A stretch of 64,000 bases of DNA from a virus (lineage: Duplodnaviria; Caudoviricetes): positions 96,001 through 160,000 of the IMG/VR virus record IMGVR_UViG_2061766007_000342, one strand, 5' to 3'. Positions within the stretch are counted from its first letter, which is position 1; each line of letters begins with the position of its first letter. Both the position numbers and the translations under genes were made by a program. The notes under the pieces were generated by a model. The model made no database searches. It saw nothing but the letters and a program-made list of their open reading frames with translations, and was not told the DNA's origin. Positions 29,207 to 39,807 of the stretch are shown one piece after another.

Positions 29207-31276
29207 TTATTCAACGGGTGCAATTAAGTATGGAGAGGCACCAACGGCCCAGTAGGAGCTCGACGCCGCAGCGTGCAGAGAGACGCACCAAGCGCCACAG
29301 TAGGACCCATAGCCGGAACTGCCTCCACAAACAGCGAGGTTTGTTTGTGAGTTATTAGTATAGTAGTAATCACAAGTATATTTTGATGCAGAACCGGTTG
29401 ATCCAGTTGCAGTAGGAATACGACCCCAAGTTGCACTATTTGCTATTTGCCAGCCAGTGGCTGGCAAGGTAATGCCAGTAACAGTACCTTCAGCAGACGT
29501 CGTATATGGAGCAGTCCACTTAACTCTTACCGAACCACTAACATTCCAAAGACCAAGGCATCTGTCCCAACGTTTACCCCACCAATCTTCGATATAGAAT
29601 ACTTTAACAGGTTGATTTGACGTCGTAAATCCAGCAAATTGTCCAGCAGTATCAAGATACCCCGTATCATGCCATCCATATTGATTACCAGATGGAACAT
29701 CACTTGCAGCTGAATTATAACCATTTTCATTGCCACGACCAAATGCAGTTTGTGTATCATCATGACAACTAATCATCAGAAGCATAATGTTCAGCCATAC
29801 TCTATGTGCGAAATCGCAGATACTCCATCTTGGCCCATTCTGTTGTGCAGCATATACCTCACCTGTTGTACCAACCGCACCACCTGCACATTGTGTGTTA
29901 TTCTGAATGGATAATGTTGATGTCGATGGTTTACCAGATGCACCGCTTAAACTTCTCAATTTGCCATTATAGTAGCTTCCTTTATACATCGGATAATACA
30001 ATTTAGATGCCATCGTTCCATCTGGTCGATAATATGGATATGCATGGAAATCCTCATCAACCTGATAATCTGCAATCTGATAATATTCATAATCATTATC
30101 TTCCCATGCTTTGATCCAAATCATACAATCAAAGACAGACATTGCATTACCGTCATAATTCACATTGGCAACATCAGATAGGGTTACACCATCAGATTTA
30201 TAGGCATGATTTGTTTTTGATAACTGATAATCAATTGCACCTCCGGATGTTACCATTGCTGGGTAGTTATTCTTAACGAAGAATAATCCACCCCACGATC
30301 CAAGATTCACTTTACCAGTATTATCCAATCTAGCGGGTGTAAAACCCACTGCCATATCGGTATATGTTACGCGTGTTGCTGGATCGGAATTATTCTTATC
30401 TACTTTACATCCATAAATAACACCTTGTGGTGTTGCTGGTGTATTATCCAGATCATTATAATCACCGGTAAATGCAACCTTCTTGATGTTCCCATAATGC
30501 TCATTCAAATACCGCATCTGAGCAGCTAATGAATCTGATATGGGTTTATCTGTCAGATCATTATATGATCCAGAGAAAGCAGTCTTTTCCAATTCATACA
30601 TATATTCAGTCAATGTATGATTATCAAATGCCGGTTTTGGTGATGCATCATTCGTTGCAGCATAATATGCTTGCGGTGCAACTACTGGTGAAAAGACAAC
30701 ACCACTCATTGTGGTATTTGCTTTAATCATGATACAGAAGCATTGTGTATCATATGCAGAGTTGATCGTCTGGTTTACAATACCAGAATTACAGGTTGTA
30801 GAATATGCAGTAGGAATGGTTGCTTGATCATCCGCAAGATAACCAAGGTATGAATAAAACGTAGAAGAAGAACCAGTTTGAGAACCATGTCCAAAAAATA
30901 CATCCACATCAGATGGAGTCGGGAATTGGAAATACACGATAACATCATTTGTGGAAGAACCACTGATTGTCAATGATCCAGTTCCTTCAATATCATATTC
31001 TGCTGTAATACCAGTATCCAGATAACCGGTAGATGCATTTACAACATTGATTGTTGCAATTGGTACTGCACAGTTGACATTATTACCAACAATGGTATTG
31101 ATGTCATTCATGACTTGATAAACCGCATTAGATGTGATTGGATTATTACTATCAGCGGTTGGTGTGGTATCCATATTAACACCACTAACCAGTTTATCCT
31201 GTTTATACTGATTGAGAAGTGTATGATAGTCAGCAAGTCTACGCAGACTAATAAACTTTTCTTCAGGCGTAAGCAT
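29207..31276 (-). CDS. DGR target protein: tail fibre/adhesin with a C-terminal C-type-lectin-like variable domain
   Basis: 689 aa; VR encodes AVCGGSSGYGSYCGAWCVSLHAAASSSYWAVGASP at the C-terminus; IEDWWG..W motif; YNDL..KP fibre repeats. Confidence 0.9.
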   Translation of the reverse strand: MLTPEEKFISLRRLADYHTLLNQYKQDKLVSGVNMDTTPTADSNNPITSNAVYQVMNDINTIVGNNVNCAVPIATINVVNASTGYLDTGITAEYDIEGTGSLTISGSSTNDVIVYFQFPTPSDVDVFFGHGSQTGSSSTFYSYLGYLADDQATIPTAYSTTCNSGIVNQTINSAYDTQCFCIMIKANTTMSGVVFSPVVAPQAYYAATNDASPKPAFDNHTLTEYMYELEKTAFSGSYNDLTDKPISDSLAAQMRYLNEHYGNIKKVAFTGDYNDLDNTPATPQGVIYGCKVDKNNSDPATRVTYTDMAVGFTPARLDNTGKVNLGSWGGLFFVKNNYPAMVTSGGAIDYQLSKTNHAYKSDGVTLSDVANVNYDGNAMSVFDCMIWIKAWEDNDYEYYQIADYQVDEDFHAYPYYRPDGTMASKLYYPMYKGSYYNGKLRSLSGASGKPSTSTLSIQNNTQCAGGAVGTTGEVYAAQQNGPRWSICDFAHRVWLNIMLLMISCHDDTQTAFGRGNENGYNSAASDVPSGNQYGWHDTGYLDTAGQFAGFTTSNQPVKVFYIEDWWGKRWDRCLGLWNVSGSVRVKWTAPYTTSAEGTVTGITLPATGWQIANSATWGRIPTATGSTGSASKYTCDYYYTNNSQTNLAVCGGSSGYGSYCGAWCVSLHAAASSSYWAVGASPYLIAPVE
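29232..29336 (-). repeat. DGR variable repeat (VR)
   Basis: Differs from TR only at adenine positions (18 of 25 TR adenines changed). Confidence 0.97.
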
Positions 31277-31300
31277 AATGAAAACCCTCCTTTATAATAT

Positions 31301-32758
31301 TTATGACACAACGGTATTGGATGTATAATACGTTGTATTGATTGTGGGTGTACCAGTAAATGTACCTCCAGTGCCGGTGAACATATTACTCAAATTACCT
31401 GAACTACCAGTACCAGTTCCACTTGTAGGAATACGATATGGTGTTTGATATGCACCCGTCTGTGTTGTAGAAAGTTTAATATTTGTACAACCGGTGAACA
31501 TATATTGGTAGCAATTACTTACCAACGTTCTTGCAGGTAATGCGGGTATTGTAGTAAGAGATATACAATTCTTGAACATAGTGTTGTAGCAATTATTTGC
31601 CAATGTTGTTGCAGGTAATGCAGGTGCTGTAGTAATAGATATGCAATTATTGAACATATTAGCATAGCAACTACTTGCCAATGTTGTTGCAGGTAATACA
31701 GGTGCTGTAGTAAGAGCTGTACAATCACTGAACATACCACTGTAGCAACCAAGTGCCAACGTTGTCGCAGGTAATTTAGGAGCAACAGTAAGAGATGTAC
31801 AACCATAGAACATACCGCTGTAGCAATAATTTGTCAATGTTGTTGCAGGTAATGCAGGTGCAACAGTAAGAGATGTACAACCATAGAACATACTAGAACA
31901 ACAATTACTTGCCAATGTCGTTGCAGATAATGCAGGTACATTAGTAAGGGATGTACAACCTTGGAACATACTAGAATAGCAATTACTTTCCAATGTTGTT
32001 GCAGGTAATTCAGGAGCAACAGTAAGGGATGTACAACCTTGGAACATACTAGAACAGCAACCAACTGCCAATGTTGTTGCTGGTAATGCGGGTATTGTAG
32101 TGAGAGCTGTACAACCATAGAACATGCTAGTGTAGCAACCAATTGGCAATGTTGTTGCTGGTAATTCAGGAGCAACAGTAAGAGATGTACAACCATTGAA
32201 CATATTAGCATAGCAATTAATTGCTAATGTTGTTGCAGGTAATTTAGGTGCATTCGTAAGAGATGTACAACCAATGAACATATAATAGTAGCAATAATTA
32301 TCCATTGTTGTATTTTCAGGATCTTCATAATCCAATAATGTTCTAATATCTCCATTACATGCAATTGTACCAGTTGTTGCAAATACAAAAGATGAATAAA
32401 CGGAAGATGATGATGGTATTGCTGAAATGTGAGTATTGTTTTTACCTCTTAAATACAACACATTTCCTGTACCGGAAGAAATTGCGGTACTGGATGAACC
32501 ATCCCATTCCGTCCAAGTTGTTTTATTCGTGGAATATTCAATTGTACCATTCCATTTCTTACCAGTAAGGGTTTTCAATGTAAATGATTCCGTTCCAATA
32601 AATGTAAGATATGGACCTTCGAACAAACCGTATATGTCACCATATGACGCTTCATCGATTTTATGAACAGCTTCAGCATCTTTAATTGCATATAACACAG
32701 GACTATTACCAGTGGAATCAGATACCTGTGAAATATACAATTTCTCATCATTTGGCAT
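31301..32758 (-). CDS. leucine-rich-repeat (BspA-like) surface/virion protein
   Basis: About ten tandem 26-aa repeats APxLPATTLAxxCYxxMFxGCTSLT; AAAGGAGG SD. Confidence 0.85.
   Translation of the reverse strand: MPNDEKLYISQVSDSTGNSPVLYAIKDAEAVHKIDEASYGDIYGLFEGPYLTFIGTESFTLKTLTGKKWNGTIEYSTNKTTWTEWDGSSSTAISSGTGNVLYLRGKNNTHISAIPSSSSVYSSFVFATTGTIACNGDIRTLLDYEDPENTTMDNYCYYYMFIGCTSLTNAPKLPATTLAINCYANMFNGCTSLTVAPELPATTLPIGCYTSMFYGCTALTTIPALPATTLAVGCCSSMFQGCTSLTVAPELPATTLESNCYSSMFQGCTSLTNVPALSATTLASNCCSSMFYGCTSLTVAPALPATTLTNYCYSGMFYGCTSLTVAPKLPATTLALGCYSGMFSDCTALTTAPVLPATTLASSCYANMFNNCISITTAPALPATTLANNCYNTMFKNCISLTTIPALPARTLVSNCYQYMFTGCTNIKLSTTQTGAYQTPYRIPTSGTGTGSSGNLSNMFTGTGGTFTGTPTINTTYYTSNTVVS
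31490..32300 (-). repeat. 78-bp coding tandem repeat array
   Basis: Recurring aatgttgttgcaggtaat...agatgtacaacc...gaacat units with a 78-nt period. Confidence 0.85.
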
Positions 32759-32948
32759 ATGATTACCTCCTTTAGGATTAAATTTTTTATAAATTTATTA
32801 CATATCAAGGATGTTAAAAAAGTGTATCGAGCATCTGTTCATACTTGATTAGAATAAAAAAATATATAATGATAGCCCCCATTACGGGGGCGATCATATT
32901 ATTATATGCGAACCATATGTTGCTTTTCGATACTGATCACAAGTGCTC

Positions 32949-33575
32949 TTAATTATCAGCAGGCAAGTTTAAGATCATTTGATACAGTTCATGATTTGAT
33001 GGAGCCCATGGTGCAAATGATGGTGATATTTGATAAATTGCTTTATCACAAATCATTGGATGAAAGACAACATCATTTGTGAAAGATACGCCAGATTTAA
33101 TTACAATTTGAACAGTTGCTGATGGATCATTGAACTCTGGTGCATTCGTAATATCACCGGTATCAATTACATCCAGATTTTGTTGAATTGTCATGTAATA
33201 AGAATCAATTGATCCATTTTGTATGCAACCGGAAAGTGTTAATGTTGCTTGTGTTGGATTATTAACAGTACCAAGTGTAATAGTAACATCATTCTCAGCA
33301 GTTCCCGACACAGTTACAGTGCCATTGATATGTGAAAATGTGTAAGTGATACCATCAATTGTTATTGGTTGTTCATCCGGTTCAACCAATTTCAGTTTAT
33401 TTTTACAACTGACATCAATGAGGTGTGTAAGACTTTCTTTCTGATAAATTGTTTCAGCAACACAGCGTGATAGTTTACCGAATGCTGTCGATATATTCTC
33501 ACCAGATATCAATGGTTCCAAATTCATTGATGGTGTAAAGTCAACATTCAATTTGATATTGACATTCTTTGACAT
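32949..33575 (-). CDS. tail-fibre-related protein with the same beta-rich module as 24333-25835
   Basis: KNKL...GITYT...GTVTVSGTA...LSGC..GS...FHPMICDKAIYQISPSFAPWAPSNHEL. Confidence 0.65.
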   Translation of the reverse strand: MSKNVNIKLNVDFTPSMNLEPLISGENISTAFGKLSRCVAETIYQKESLTHLIDVSCKNKLKLVEPDEQPITIDGITYTFSHINGTVTVSGTAENDVTITLGTVNNPTQATLTLSGCIQNGSIDSYYMTIQQNLDVIDTGDITNAPEFNDPSATVQIVIKSGVSFTNDVVFHPMICDKAIYQISPSFAPWAPSNHELYQMILNLPADN

Positions 33576-33624
33576 AATGAATTCACTCCTTTCGGATTAA
33601 AAGTTATGAATCGGTTTAATGATG

Positions 33625-33652
33625 ATGTGTGGGGGATTCATCCCCCACACAT
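33625..33652 (-). terminator. hairpin
   Basis: atgtgtgggggat-tc-atcccccacacat. Confidence 0.7.
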
Positions 33653-33678
33653 ATCACACATCGGGATGTTGTTAATGA

Positions 33679-34266
33679 TTACAGTGTGCAAGTGAACGTG
33701 ATGTCACTGAACGGAGTCCATACACCATCACCCGTCAGTACGGAATCCACATCCGCAGTGGTTGGTGCCGGTGCATAACCCGCAGTACCATTTGCAGCAG
33801 CTGTCAGCGCATAGTAAGTATCCGTTGCAAACGTCGGTGCAGAATCACCGGTGACGGCGGAATACTGACCCGTTGCGGAATCATACGTGAAGTAGTTGGT
33901 GTAATTGGTTGTCCAGTCATCAGGCTGTTCGGTCAGAAGCGTGTAAGTATCTTCTGTTGCACCAACGAGAGTCTTTGCAGACAGTACAGCCTCGTCGATG
34001 TCGAGATTGGAACCAACCTTGATACCACCAAGAGTGATGTCGGTTGCTACTGGAATGTCGGTAGAATCAACGTTCGCTGCAATGTAGTCCAGTTCAGACC
34101 AGGTGTGTACACCATCACCGATCTTGATCTTAGTCTGACCGGTTGTCAATACTTCAACACCAAGCAGACCCTTCTCAAGAACGACGCTTGCAACATCAGC
34201 TGCCGCCCACTCTGCGGTTGTCTTCACAACCTGAAGCACGCGTACATTAACATTTTTTGCTGCCAT
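33679..34266 (-). CDS. Mtd_N-like tail-fibre protein
   Basis: KTTAEW...VLEKGLLGVE...KIKIGDGVHTWSELDY; AT..TLGGIKVG fibre motif. Confidence 0.7.
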   Translation of the reverse strand: MAAKNVNVRVLQVVKTTAEWAAADVASVVLEKGLLGVEVLTTGQTKIKIGDGVHTWSELDYIAANVDSTDIPVATDITLGGIKVGSNLDIDEAVLSAKTLVGATEDTYTLLTEQPDDWTTNYTNYFTYDSATGQYSAVTGDSAPTFATDTYYALTAAANGTAGYAPAPTTADVDSVLTGDGVWTPFSDITFTCTL

Positions 34267-34314
34267 ATAAATCGCTCCTTTATAATGGAATTTTATTTAT
34301 GAAAACGCCACTCA

Positions 34315-36021
34315 TCATATATGAGTATGAATCGTGGAATTGTCATCAAGTTGACGATCAATGATATGATAGTCATTCGTATCCGAATTCCAAATATATG
34401 TCTCGCCTTCGGAAAGATCAATATACATTTTATCGATTTGTCCTACAGCGGGGAATGCTGCTCGATTGATATAGAACTCAGCTTCTTCTGCCTTGGAGAT
34501 ACGTTCGTCAAATGTTTGAACGGTTGTTTCAACAGCATCAACTCGATCAACACACGACTGTGTGGTGGATTGTACATCAGCAATGATGGTATCATACCCA
34601 GATACAGTTTCAACTGCGGTATCAACCTTGGTATCCATTGCAGACACTTCATCTTCCACATGAGCAAGACGTTGCATTACGGATTCCAATGTAACATCAC
34701 CGTCAATCACCAATGGAACGATATCACCGTTATTGATATGAACAGCGATTGCTTCATCACCAGTTGTGAATTCATTCTTCACTTGATAAAGCTGACCAAT
34801 CTCCGTCCATGTCAACTGAGAACGCACGTAAGTTTCATTTGGACGATACTTGTGAATTGCCAATGGAATATTCTCCAATGCAGTTACACGTGCTTCCAAT
34901 GACGTCAAACGTTCATTAATCACAGTCAAGTTTGCATTGAAGATGTTTTGGAGATTGGTAATGGATGTTGCATTCGTTGTAATTTCAGTTTGATGTTCAT
35001 TCAATGTTGCATTGATTGCATCAAACTTTGCATTCATCAGTTCCAATTGCTGTTGTAACAATCCAACCGTTTCTTCCAAGGTTGTAACTTTATCTTCCAA
35101 AGTCTTGATACGAGATTCCGAAGGTTCATAAATAGCATTCCAAATACCATATGTTTGATTTACACAAATCAAATTCGAAGTAAATGCAGTAAATGATAAA
35201 CGAAGCCGTGTGGTAATGTTTGCTTGAAATGGGAATGTAACATTCACGTCACATGTTGCCAATAATAATGTATCATCATGCGGACATGCTTCGATGGTAT
35301 CATGCTGCAATACAATCGTTTGATTGTTATTTGTCCATTGATAATACGGATTATATCCGTCCGGACAATGTGACGGAGTATCAATGATATCAACCCACAG
35401 CTCAATACGATTGATCACGAGTCGATACAATCCACCATAATCATATGCAGGAATGTTATCAACAAACACACCCTTGATAGACTGTAGGAAGAAGTCACGA
35501 ATATCCGTATAATGTAATGCGATATCAAATGTGGATACATCCAATGCACGTTCATCAACGACTCCACCCATATCATCAAAGATGGAATAATACATACGGA
35601 ATGTGAGCTTGGATTTAATCAACGGAATACCATTGGTATATTCACTGGCATTCTGTCCAATACACTTCTCCAAGTATTCTTCCAATACAACATTCTTATT
35701 GATTGCATCCACAAAGTTAAACTTTGCAGCCAGATTGATACATGACGCATCAGGACGTTGGGTAATTCTCGTTTGTACATTCTCCGAGAAGTTGATCACG
35801 GTCCCATACTTCAGGTAATATGAATCAAATAAGAACGGATTGTAATTGGTCAATACAAATGCGGAACCAATGTATGGACCGTTTACCGGTAAATGAGGAT
35901 GTGGAAACCCTTTATGTTCATGATAACAATCATGACCATATGAATCATGATAACACGGTACAGGTGGTGGCGGTGGTGTCGGTCGACACATGCACGGTGG
36001 TTGTTGTTTATGGTTATACAT
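34315..36021 (-). CDS. putative structural protein with a Pro/His/Cys-rich N-terminus and coiled coils
   Basis: 568 aa; heptad stretches; C-terminal FPAVGQIDKMYID...YIW motif seen in fibre proteins. Confidence 0.6.
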   Translation of the reverse strand: MYNHKQQPPCMCRPTPPPPPVPCYHDSYGHDCYHEHKGFPHPHLPVNGPYIGSAFVLTNYNPFLFDSYYLKYGTVINFSENVQTRITQRPDASCINLAAKFNFVDAINKNVVLEEYLEKCIGQNASEYTNGIPLIKSKLTFRMYYSIFDDMGGVVDERALDVSTFDIALHYTDIRDFFLQSIKGVFVDNIPAYDYGGLYRLVINRIELWVDIIDTPSHCPDGYNPYYQWTNNNQTIVLQHDTIEACPHDDTLLLATCDVNVTFPFQANITTRLRLSFTAFTSNLICVNQTYGIWNAIYEPSESRIKTLEDKVTTLEETVGLLQQQLELMNAKFDAINATLNEHQTEITTNATSITNLQNIFNANLTVINERLTSLEARVTALENIPLAIHKYRPNETYVRSQLTWTEIGQLYQVKNEFTTGDEAIAVHINNGDIVPLVIDGDVTLESVMQRLAHVEDEVSAMDTKVDTAVETVSGYDTIIADVQSTTQSCVDRVDAVETTVQTFDERISKAEEAEFYINRAAFPAVGQIDKMYIDLSEGETYIWNSDTNDYHIIDRQLDDNSTIHTHI

Positions 36022-36045
36022 AACTTATTCACACTCCTTATGTGT

Positions 36046-37329
36046 TTATTTTAATTTGAGAATGTATTTAATAATGTATATGATAATCGGAGTCCATAGA
36101 TATAACTCCTTAGCATCTGCATTATCAAATAACTGATCTCCGGTATACAATGATAACTGATTGAGTTTGGTTAACTTACCATGTATGAAGTCATGTAACA
36201 AAGATACATAGTCATATCGTTTCAAATAATAATGACGTGCATAACATTCGTTACAACGTTCACACATTCTACATTTGTCCATGGTACATGTACGGATATC
36301 TTGTTCATTATATAAGATATCATACACACGATCCGGGAAGTATTTCATTGCTTCCGCTTTAGGACACCATGGTGGGTTCCATAACATTACATCCACATCC
36401 GTTCCATACATACGAAATGTGGAATCTGGATATTCAATACCTTTTATCGTATGATACTTAAATTGTTCAAGATAACGTAATGGCGCATCACGTTCAATCC
36501 ATTTGTACGGTGATGCTTGATAATATGATTCCAATTCACGTTCATGACATTTATCTGGATTGAGTACAATGTTATGTGTTGCATTATCCTTAATCATGAC
36601 TGCATTACGATACATGAAATAATTTCCACATAAATCAAATAATGTTTGACCATTCAAATGTAACAGGTAACAGTTATGTGTTTTATCATAGAATCGTGAA
36701 TTGTAATTCTCAATCATGTCATCTACCATACGAATGATACGAGATCGATGGTTGTAATCTTCAATACCAATAACCGGTGTTAAATCTTCACCACCAATCG
36801 TTTGTAAGTCGGTGACATATGTACCCACGGTTTGTTTTTCAACAAACTGAATCTCATCCGGATTGGTTGAGAATAAAGCATATGTAATCTTGTATGAACC
36901 ATCTGTGTTTAATCCATCTTGGGATACTTGTGTAACACGGAAGATGTGGTTCATGTGAATGTGATTAATGATGAAGAAATCATTCTCTTTTGGCTGTATG
37001 GTAGATGGTATAATATACGCTTCTCCTTGGAGATTGTAATTACGTACATTGGTAGTTGATGCTTGTGATTCTTCGGGACTAAATGGTGTAAATCCAATCA
37101 ATGGTAGATCTATTATCTTATCAAATCTTAATGGTGAATCTGGACCCAATGTTTGATACATCGTATCTGTTCCAAGTGATGTGGATGTATCATGATCATT
37201 GATATTGTAATATGTTACTAATGTACGTCCTGAACCAGTGTACTTGTTCAATCTTGAATGTAAGTACATATCGAACTTATACATCTGAGAATCCACGAGT
37301 GATTGTTCATCATATACTAACTGTGCCAT
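36046..37329 (-). CDS. putative virion structural protein
   Basis: 427 aa; first gene of the minus-strand operon, behind late-type motif 37386-37399. Confidence 0.55.
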   Translation of the reverse strand: MAQLVYDEQSLVDSQMYKFDMYLHSRLNKYTGSGRTLVTYYNINDHDTSTSLGTDTMYQTLGPDSPLRFDKIIDLPLIGFTPFSPEESQASTTNVRNYNLQGEAYIIPSTIQPKENDFFIINHIHMNHIFRVTQVSQDGLNTDGSYKITYALFSTNPDEIQFVEKQTVGTYVTDLQTIGGEDLTPVIGIEDYNHRSRIIRMVDDMIENYNSRFYDKTHNCYLLHLNGQTLFDLCGNYFMYRNAVMIKDNATHNIVLNPDKCHERELESYYQASPYKWIERDAPLRYLEQFKYHTIKGIEYPDSTFRMYGTDVDVMLWNPPWCPKAEAMKYFPDRVYDILYNEQDIRTCTMDKCRMCERCNECYARHYYLKRYDYVSLLHDFIHGKLTKLNQLSLYTGDQLFDNADAKELYLWTPIIIYIIKYILKLK

Positions 37330-37403
37330 GTTATTATCACTTCCTTTGTATATGTGAATTTCAATATGTAATAAAACATATTTGAGTTATTGATTCGTGG
37401 TTG

Positions 37404-37427
37404 GTATACGGGGATATCCCCGTATAC
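37404..37427. other. perfect palindrome between divergent genes
   Basis: gtatacggggatatccccgtatac. Confidence 0.7.
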
Positions 37428-37565
37428 AATGATTAATTATTTATTAATAGAAAATATGTATTATTGATATGGATTGAATAACCATGTAATGTACATTCAT
37501 TGAAAGGGCGGTGGTTGATCATGGTTTTCTTCAGTCTTTAATAAATATTATAATAATGAAGGAGA

Positions 37566-38822
37566 GTGTTTGTTATGAATGAAAAAGATGAAATCGTTAT
37601 GAATGATGATGACGATTATGTGTACACATATGACATTGAAGAAATTGATGAATGTGTAGACAAGATTAATCGTGGTATCATTCCCGCAATGTTGGATGAC
37701 GCAATGAAAGCAGATATCAAGCATCGTGCAATGGAACTGAAACGAATCATCGATGAAGAAATGGATGATGAAGAAATTGGTTTATCACGTGCACGAATGT
37801 TGGCAAACAAGATTGAACAAAACAAACGTAAAGCAACCAAACGTGACGTATTAGTGATCCAATTAACGGATGAACAACGTAATGAAATCCATCAACAAAT
37901 GGATGGGGTTGTCGTACGTGACAATTGGCGTTTACGTTATCACAAATCCGATGACGAGATATACGATTCGGCGGAACGTAAATCCATTTATACTCGTTTG
38001 AGTAAATTACAAAAGCAATATTATCACGTGGATGAATGGATTGATGCAATGAAAACCATCATGGAAGCGGTGGAATATTCTTTGGATCATGACTATCCGA
38101 TGTACAATCATGACACAGTTGTTGAGATGTGGAACTCGGGTAAGATTGCATTCAAATATTGTCCAATTCCACAATTGTTCACATCATGGACAACCATGGT
38201 GACTGACCCGGAAACCCTCAAGGGTATTATGTGTGGTGAAATCACCGTTGAAACATCTTCGGATAAATTGGCGAAATCGAAACCGAAACGTGATCGTAGT
38301 GAACGTGTTGGTATTGTATATGATTACGCGGTTGTGGATCCGGGTGAATTCAATGCAATGCGTAATGCACATTTGGCGGGTTATGATACACCGGTATCTC
38401 CGATTATACGGGCAATGCGCGGAACATTCAATCGATTCTCGTTACCGGAAAACAATTACTTCGTATCCATGTATAATGATAATAGTAATGATGGTAAACG
38501 TGAAATGCCGATGTCGTTTGATTGGTTGGCGGATGGTGCCGGTAAAGAATACTTCCGTTTGGTCAATGGCAAAAAAGAAACCACGGATGATATTGTGGAT
38601 TTTGTGGCGGAATGTAACAATCGGGAGCTTGGTCCACAATTCCGAAATGGTATGGGAGAATTCTTGGATTCAATGTCACGTTCACCTGAACAAAATATGG
38701 TTGGCGGTGGTGGTGCGGATTTGTTATCATATAATGCAATCCCATCTGAATTGGAACAAGTAAACGAAAAAGAAATTGCTTTGGAGAAAGCAATCATGGA
38801 TCAAATGATCGTGATTCAATGA
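37566..38822 (+). CDS. hypothetical protein
   Basis: 418-aa acidic ORF with AAGGAG SD. Confidence 0.65.
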   Translation: MFVMNEKDEIVMNDDDDYVYTYDIEEIDECVDKINRGIIPAMLDDAMKADIKHRAMELKRIIDEEMDDEEIGLSRARMLANKIEQNKRKATKRDVLVIQLTDEQRNEIHQQMDGVVVRDNWRLRYHKSDDEIYDSAERKSIYTRLSKLQKQYYHVDEWIDAMKTIMEAVEYSLDHDYPMYNHDTVVEMWNSGKIAFKYCPIPQLFTSWTTMVTDPETLKGIMCGEITVETSSDKLAKSKPKRDRSERVGIVYDYAVVDPGEFNAMRNAHLAGYDTPVSPIIRAMRGTFNRFSLPENNYFVSMYNDNSNDGKREMPMSFDWLADGAGKEYFRLVNGKKETTDDIVDFVAECNNRELGPQFRNGMGEFLDSMSRSPEQNMVGGGGADLLSYNAIPSELEQVNEKEIALEKAIMDQMIVIQ

Positions 38823-38961
38823 TAATGATACAATGGTGTAACATAAATGCCATTGTGTCGTTTATGTTGATAGCTTGATGCGGATGGATTGATGGGGTGT
38901 GACGTTAATCCAAATGATGCATGGGCAACCTCCTATATGTAATGTCCGATACATACAACGA

Positions 38962-38983
38962 TACCGCCCCAACAGGGGCGGTA
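38962..38983. terminator. hairpin between convergent genes
   Basis: taccgcccc-aaca-ggggcggta. Confidence 0.65.
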
Positions 38984-39001
38984 CGTGTATCGGATATTGT
39001 T

Positions 39002-39790
39002 TTAATTCAAATATCGAGAATAACCATCGATGTTTGTTTTTTGTTTGAACAAACGATCCATTTGTACAATGCAATATTCAATAATTGCTTTGTTGAGTGC
39101 TTGTTCGGTTGTAATGGATTCATGATGTGTAACGGCTTCTTGAACAATGGAACCACACATACGAATGATCTTGGATTCGGTTTTGGGTTCTTCGGTGTTA
39201 TTGTTTGGATCATCCTTCTGTTCATTGGACTGTTTGATCTTTTCATCAACATCACTGAAGTCGGTTGCATCATTGGAATTGGTGATTTCTGAAGAAACTT
39301 CTTCAACGATATCACGTGATACTTTGTCACGCAAACGACGTCGGAACTGTTCGTACGGTTCGTTTTCATCACATGCTTCCAACAACTCTTTGGTCTTTAA
39401 CGCGGCTTCTTGGATGGTATCCGGAACGTTCTTGGTGCGCTGTACCTGTTCAGCAACTTCATCAACCTTGTTGTTGATTTCTTGAATGATGGATCCGAGC
39501 AATGGTGAACGTAATGCATCACAACTCTTTGTCAGATAATCATAACAAGAGCCGTTGTAATTGGTGTTGATATGACGCATAATGGAAGCATCAATCATAC
39601 CATCCAAATCTTTGGTTTCATCATGCATCATTGCCGAGATAATATCCTTCAAAACATTTAATGACATCTTCTCCCGAAAATCTGCCTTGTTAAAATTCAC
39701 AACGGAATCTTTTGATAAATGTGTTTTATCCGGATTGGAATCATCGGTATCATGAATGATGTCATTTAATAAATTCTTGATATCTGCCAT
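39002..39790 (-). CDS. putative virion/head protein
   Basis: 262 aa; repeated IQEA/VQEA motifs; AAGGTAGGTG SD. Confidence 0.55.
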   Translation of the reverse strand: MADIKNLLNDIIHDTDDSNPDKTHLSKDSVVNFNKADFREKMSLNVLKDIISAMMHDETKDLDGMIDASIMRHINTNYNGSCYDYLTKSCDALRSPLLGSIIQEINNKVDEVAEQVQRTKNVPDTIQEAALKTKELLEACDENEPYEQFRRRLRDKVSRDIVEEVSSEITNSNDATDFSDVDEKIKQSNEQKDDPNNNTEEPKTESKIIRMCGSIVQEAVTHHESITTEQALNKAIIEYCIVQMDRLFKQKTNIDGYSRYLN

Positions 39791-39807
39791 TGTTTATTTC
39801 ACCTACC

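Larger units (their letters stand above)
26310..31276 (-). mobile_element. diversity-generating retroelement cassette (target-VR, hairpin, TR, dTnpB, RT)
   Basis: All core components except Avd are present and co-oriented. Confidence 0.93.

Noticed and set aside
31490-32300. CRISPR-like periodic repeats
   Set aside because: The 78-nt period is in frame and encodes LRR units; there is no repeat-spacer structure.
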